This document shows positions 62,937 to 64,000 of a stretch of DNA of 64,000 bases, one piece after another. A program made the translations under genes and the position numbers. The notes beneath the pieces are model-generated. The model had not been told where the DNA came from. It made no database searches and worked only from the letters and a program-made list of their open reading frames with translations. Numbering within the stretch: position 1 is the first letter of the stretch; each line of letters starts with the position of its first letter. Origin of the DNA: Neovahlkampfia damariscottae. Taxonomy: Eukaryota. The stretch spans positions 1-64,000 of the forward strand of contig JABLTG010000110.1 of the NCBI GenBank assembly GCA_016618085.1, given 5' to 3'.

Positions 62937-62982
62937 TAAATATAAAAATTCATAAATTATTATTTAAAAATACCACTTTTCT

Positions 62983-64000
62983 TTAAAAATTGGTGATGAA
63001 TCGATATTGAAAATCGTGCAATTTCCAAATTGATTGGTTCGTTCTCCTTAAAGGATAGTAAATTTTCTTGCTCGCCATTTCAATTTCTAGATATATTTCA
63101 TGGTCTTTCTTTAGTGATTCATCAACTAATTCAATCACTGAAGCATCATTGAACACAGCAGCCAGCATTATTTTTTTATCTTTCAGAAACCTCTTATCAA
63201 CATGTTCTACCATTTTTCCACATGTTCTTACTGCTTCCTTGATTAAATCATCATTATTTCTGATGGATTTGTGAACAAATGCCAAAGCATTTCCATTGGA
63301 TATTACTGCTTCCATTGCAAATTCAAAATCTTTCCTGAGGTGGAATTTATGATATTTTATGACCCTCCAATCATATTTTACGATGTTAATTGAAAATTCT
63401 TTATCTTGTTTCAAAGAATTTGATACATATTTATAGAAAGTTCCATTTCGGGAACAAACCTTTTTGGCGATGACCTTGTTGCTTTTTATTTTTTTTCCAG
63501 AGAAAATAAAGGAATGTATATTGTTTTCAATTGCAAGTAAATTAATTTCTTCGTCATCTTTTAGCTCATCTGAGGCATGTTTAATAGCCAGACCATTCTG
63601 TTTCACAGCAGCAAGAACAGCTGATTTATTCGTTTGGAAATTCGACATATGTTCAAGTAACAAACCATCAACTTCAAGATACTTCAAAGCAATATCAATT
63701 TTATAAATATGGCATACAGAGTAAACTGAGTTTTGAATTGCCTCATTAATTATGGTAATATTTGATTTCAACGAATTATCTGCGTATTTCAAAGCCATTC
63801 CATCATTTTTTACAGCTTTTAATACTAAATCAAAATTTTTTGCATCTTCTTCTGTTGCATATTTTAAAGCACAACCGTAGGATTCAACTGCAACACAAAC
63901 AATTTCGAAATCTGATCTCAATTCTTCATGAACGTGAATGATGTTTTCTCCTTTTATTTTTACACATTTTAACATGAATGCTTTGTTTTTGGACAATTGT
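62983..64000 (-). CDS. DUF4116 helical-repeat protein (5' end probably beyond the window)
   Basis: Many AVK.NG.ALKYA..LK.D repeats. Confidence 0.88.
   Translation of the reverse strand, partial: QLSKNKAFMLKCVKIKGENIIHVHEELRSDFEIVCVAVESYGCALKYATEEDAKNFDLVLKAVKNDGMALKYADNSLKSNITIINEAIQNSVYSVCHIYKIDIALKYLEVDGLLLEHMSNFQTNKSAVLAAVKQNGLAIKHASDELKDDEEINLLAIENNIHSFIFSGKKIKSNKVIAKKVCSRNGTFYKYVSNSLKQDKEFSINIVKYDWRVIKYHKFHLRKDFEFAMEAVISNGNALAFVHKSIRNNDDLIKEAVRTCGKMVEHVDKRFLKDKKIMLAAVFNDASVIELVDESLKKDHEIYLEIEMASKKIYYPLRRTNQSIWKLHDFQYRFITNF

Noticed and set aside
767..63706. Numerous short antisense or alternate-frame ORFs in the track (e.g. 767-1183, 5511-5774, 19046-19468, 53292-53783)
   Set aside because: Shadows of real genes produced by biased codon usage; no motifs of their own.

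Overview
AT-rich, very gene-dense eukaryotic DNA with tiny GT-AG introns (mostly about 29-45 nt) and a CCAAT/ATTGG box just upstream of most start codons. The gene content (DUF4116 proteins, EGF/RCC1 surface protein, Fanzor2, kinase-STAND-cyclase) suggests a free-living amoeboid protist, probably heterolobosean (inference, not proven). The window opens with the 3' end of a Fanzor2/IS607-type TnpB gene, which the ORF track misses. It carries one nonsense codon and is followed by a structured candidate omegaRNA. Next come a disrupted LicD/FKRP-like gene and the first of nine RGS-domain paralogs; eight of them cluster at 21-33 kb and two of the nine have premature stops. Other genes: a Ser/Thr kinase-STAND ATPase-GAF-adenylate cyclase, histone H2B, a tandem-DEP gene missed by the ORF track, two inverted cytochrome-b5 desaturases sharing a 302-bp near-identical tract, and two head-to-head double-GST genes. 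Also ribA, a frameshifted G-alpha-like relic, a secreted intron-containing T4-type lysozyme, an intronless SLOG gene with a signal peptide, and calpain-SPRY-beta-trefoil and kelch-kinase-SAM proteins. Six proteins from four unrelated scaffold families end in a similar short tail resembling the first strand of a BTB domain, a candidate undescribed docking system. All splice models and translations were read by eye.
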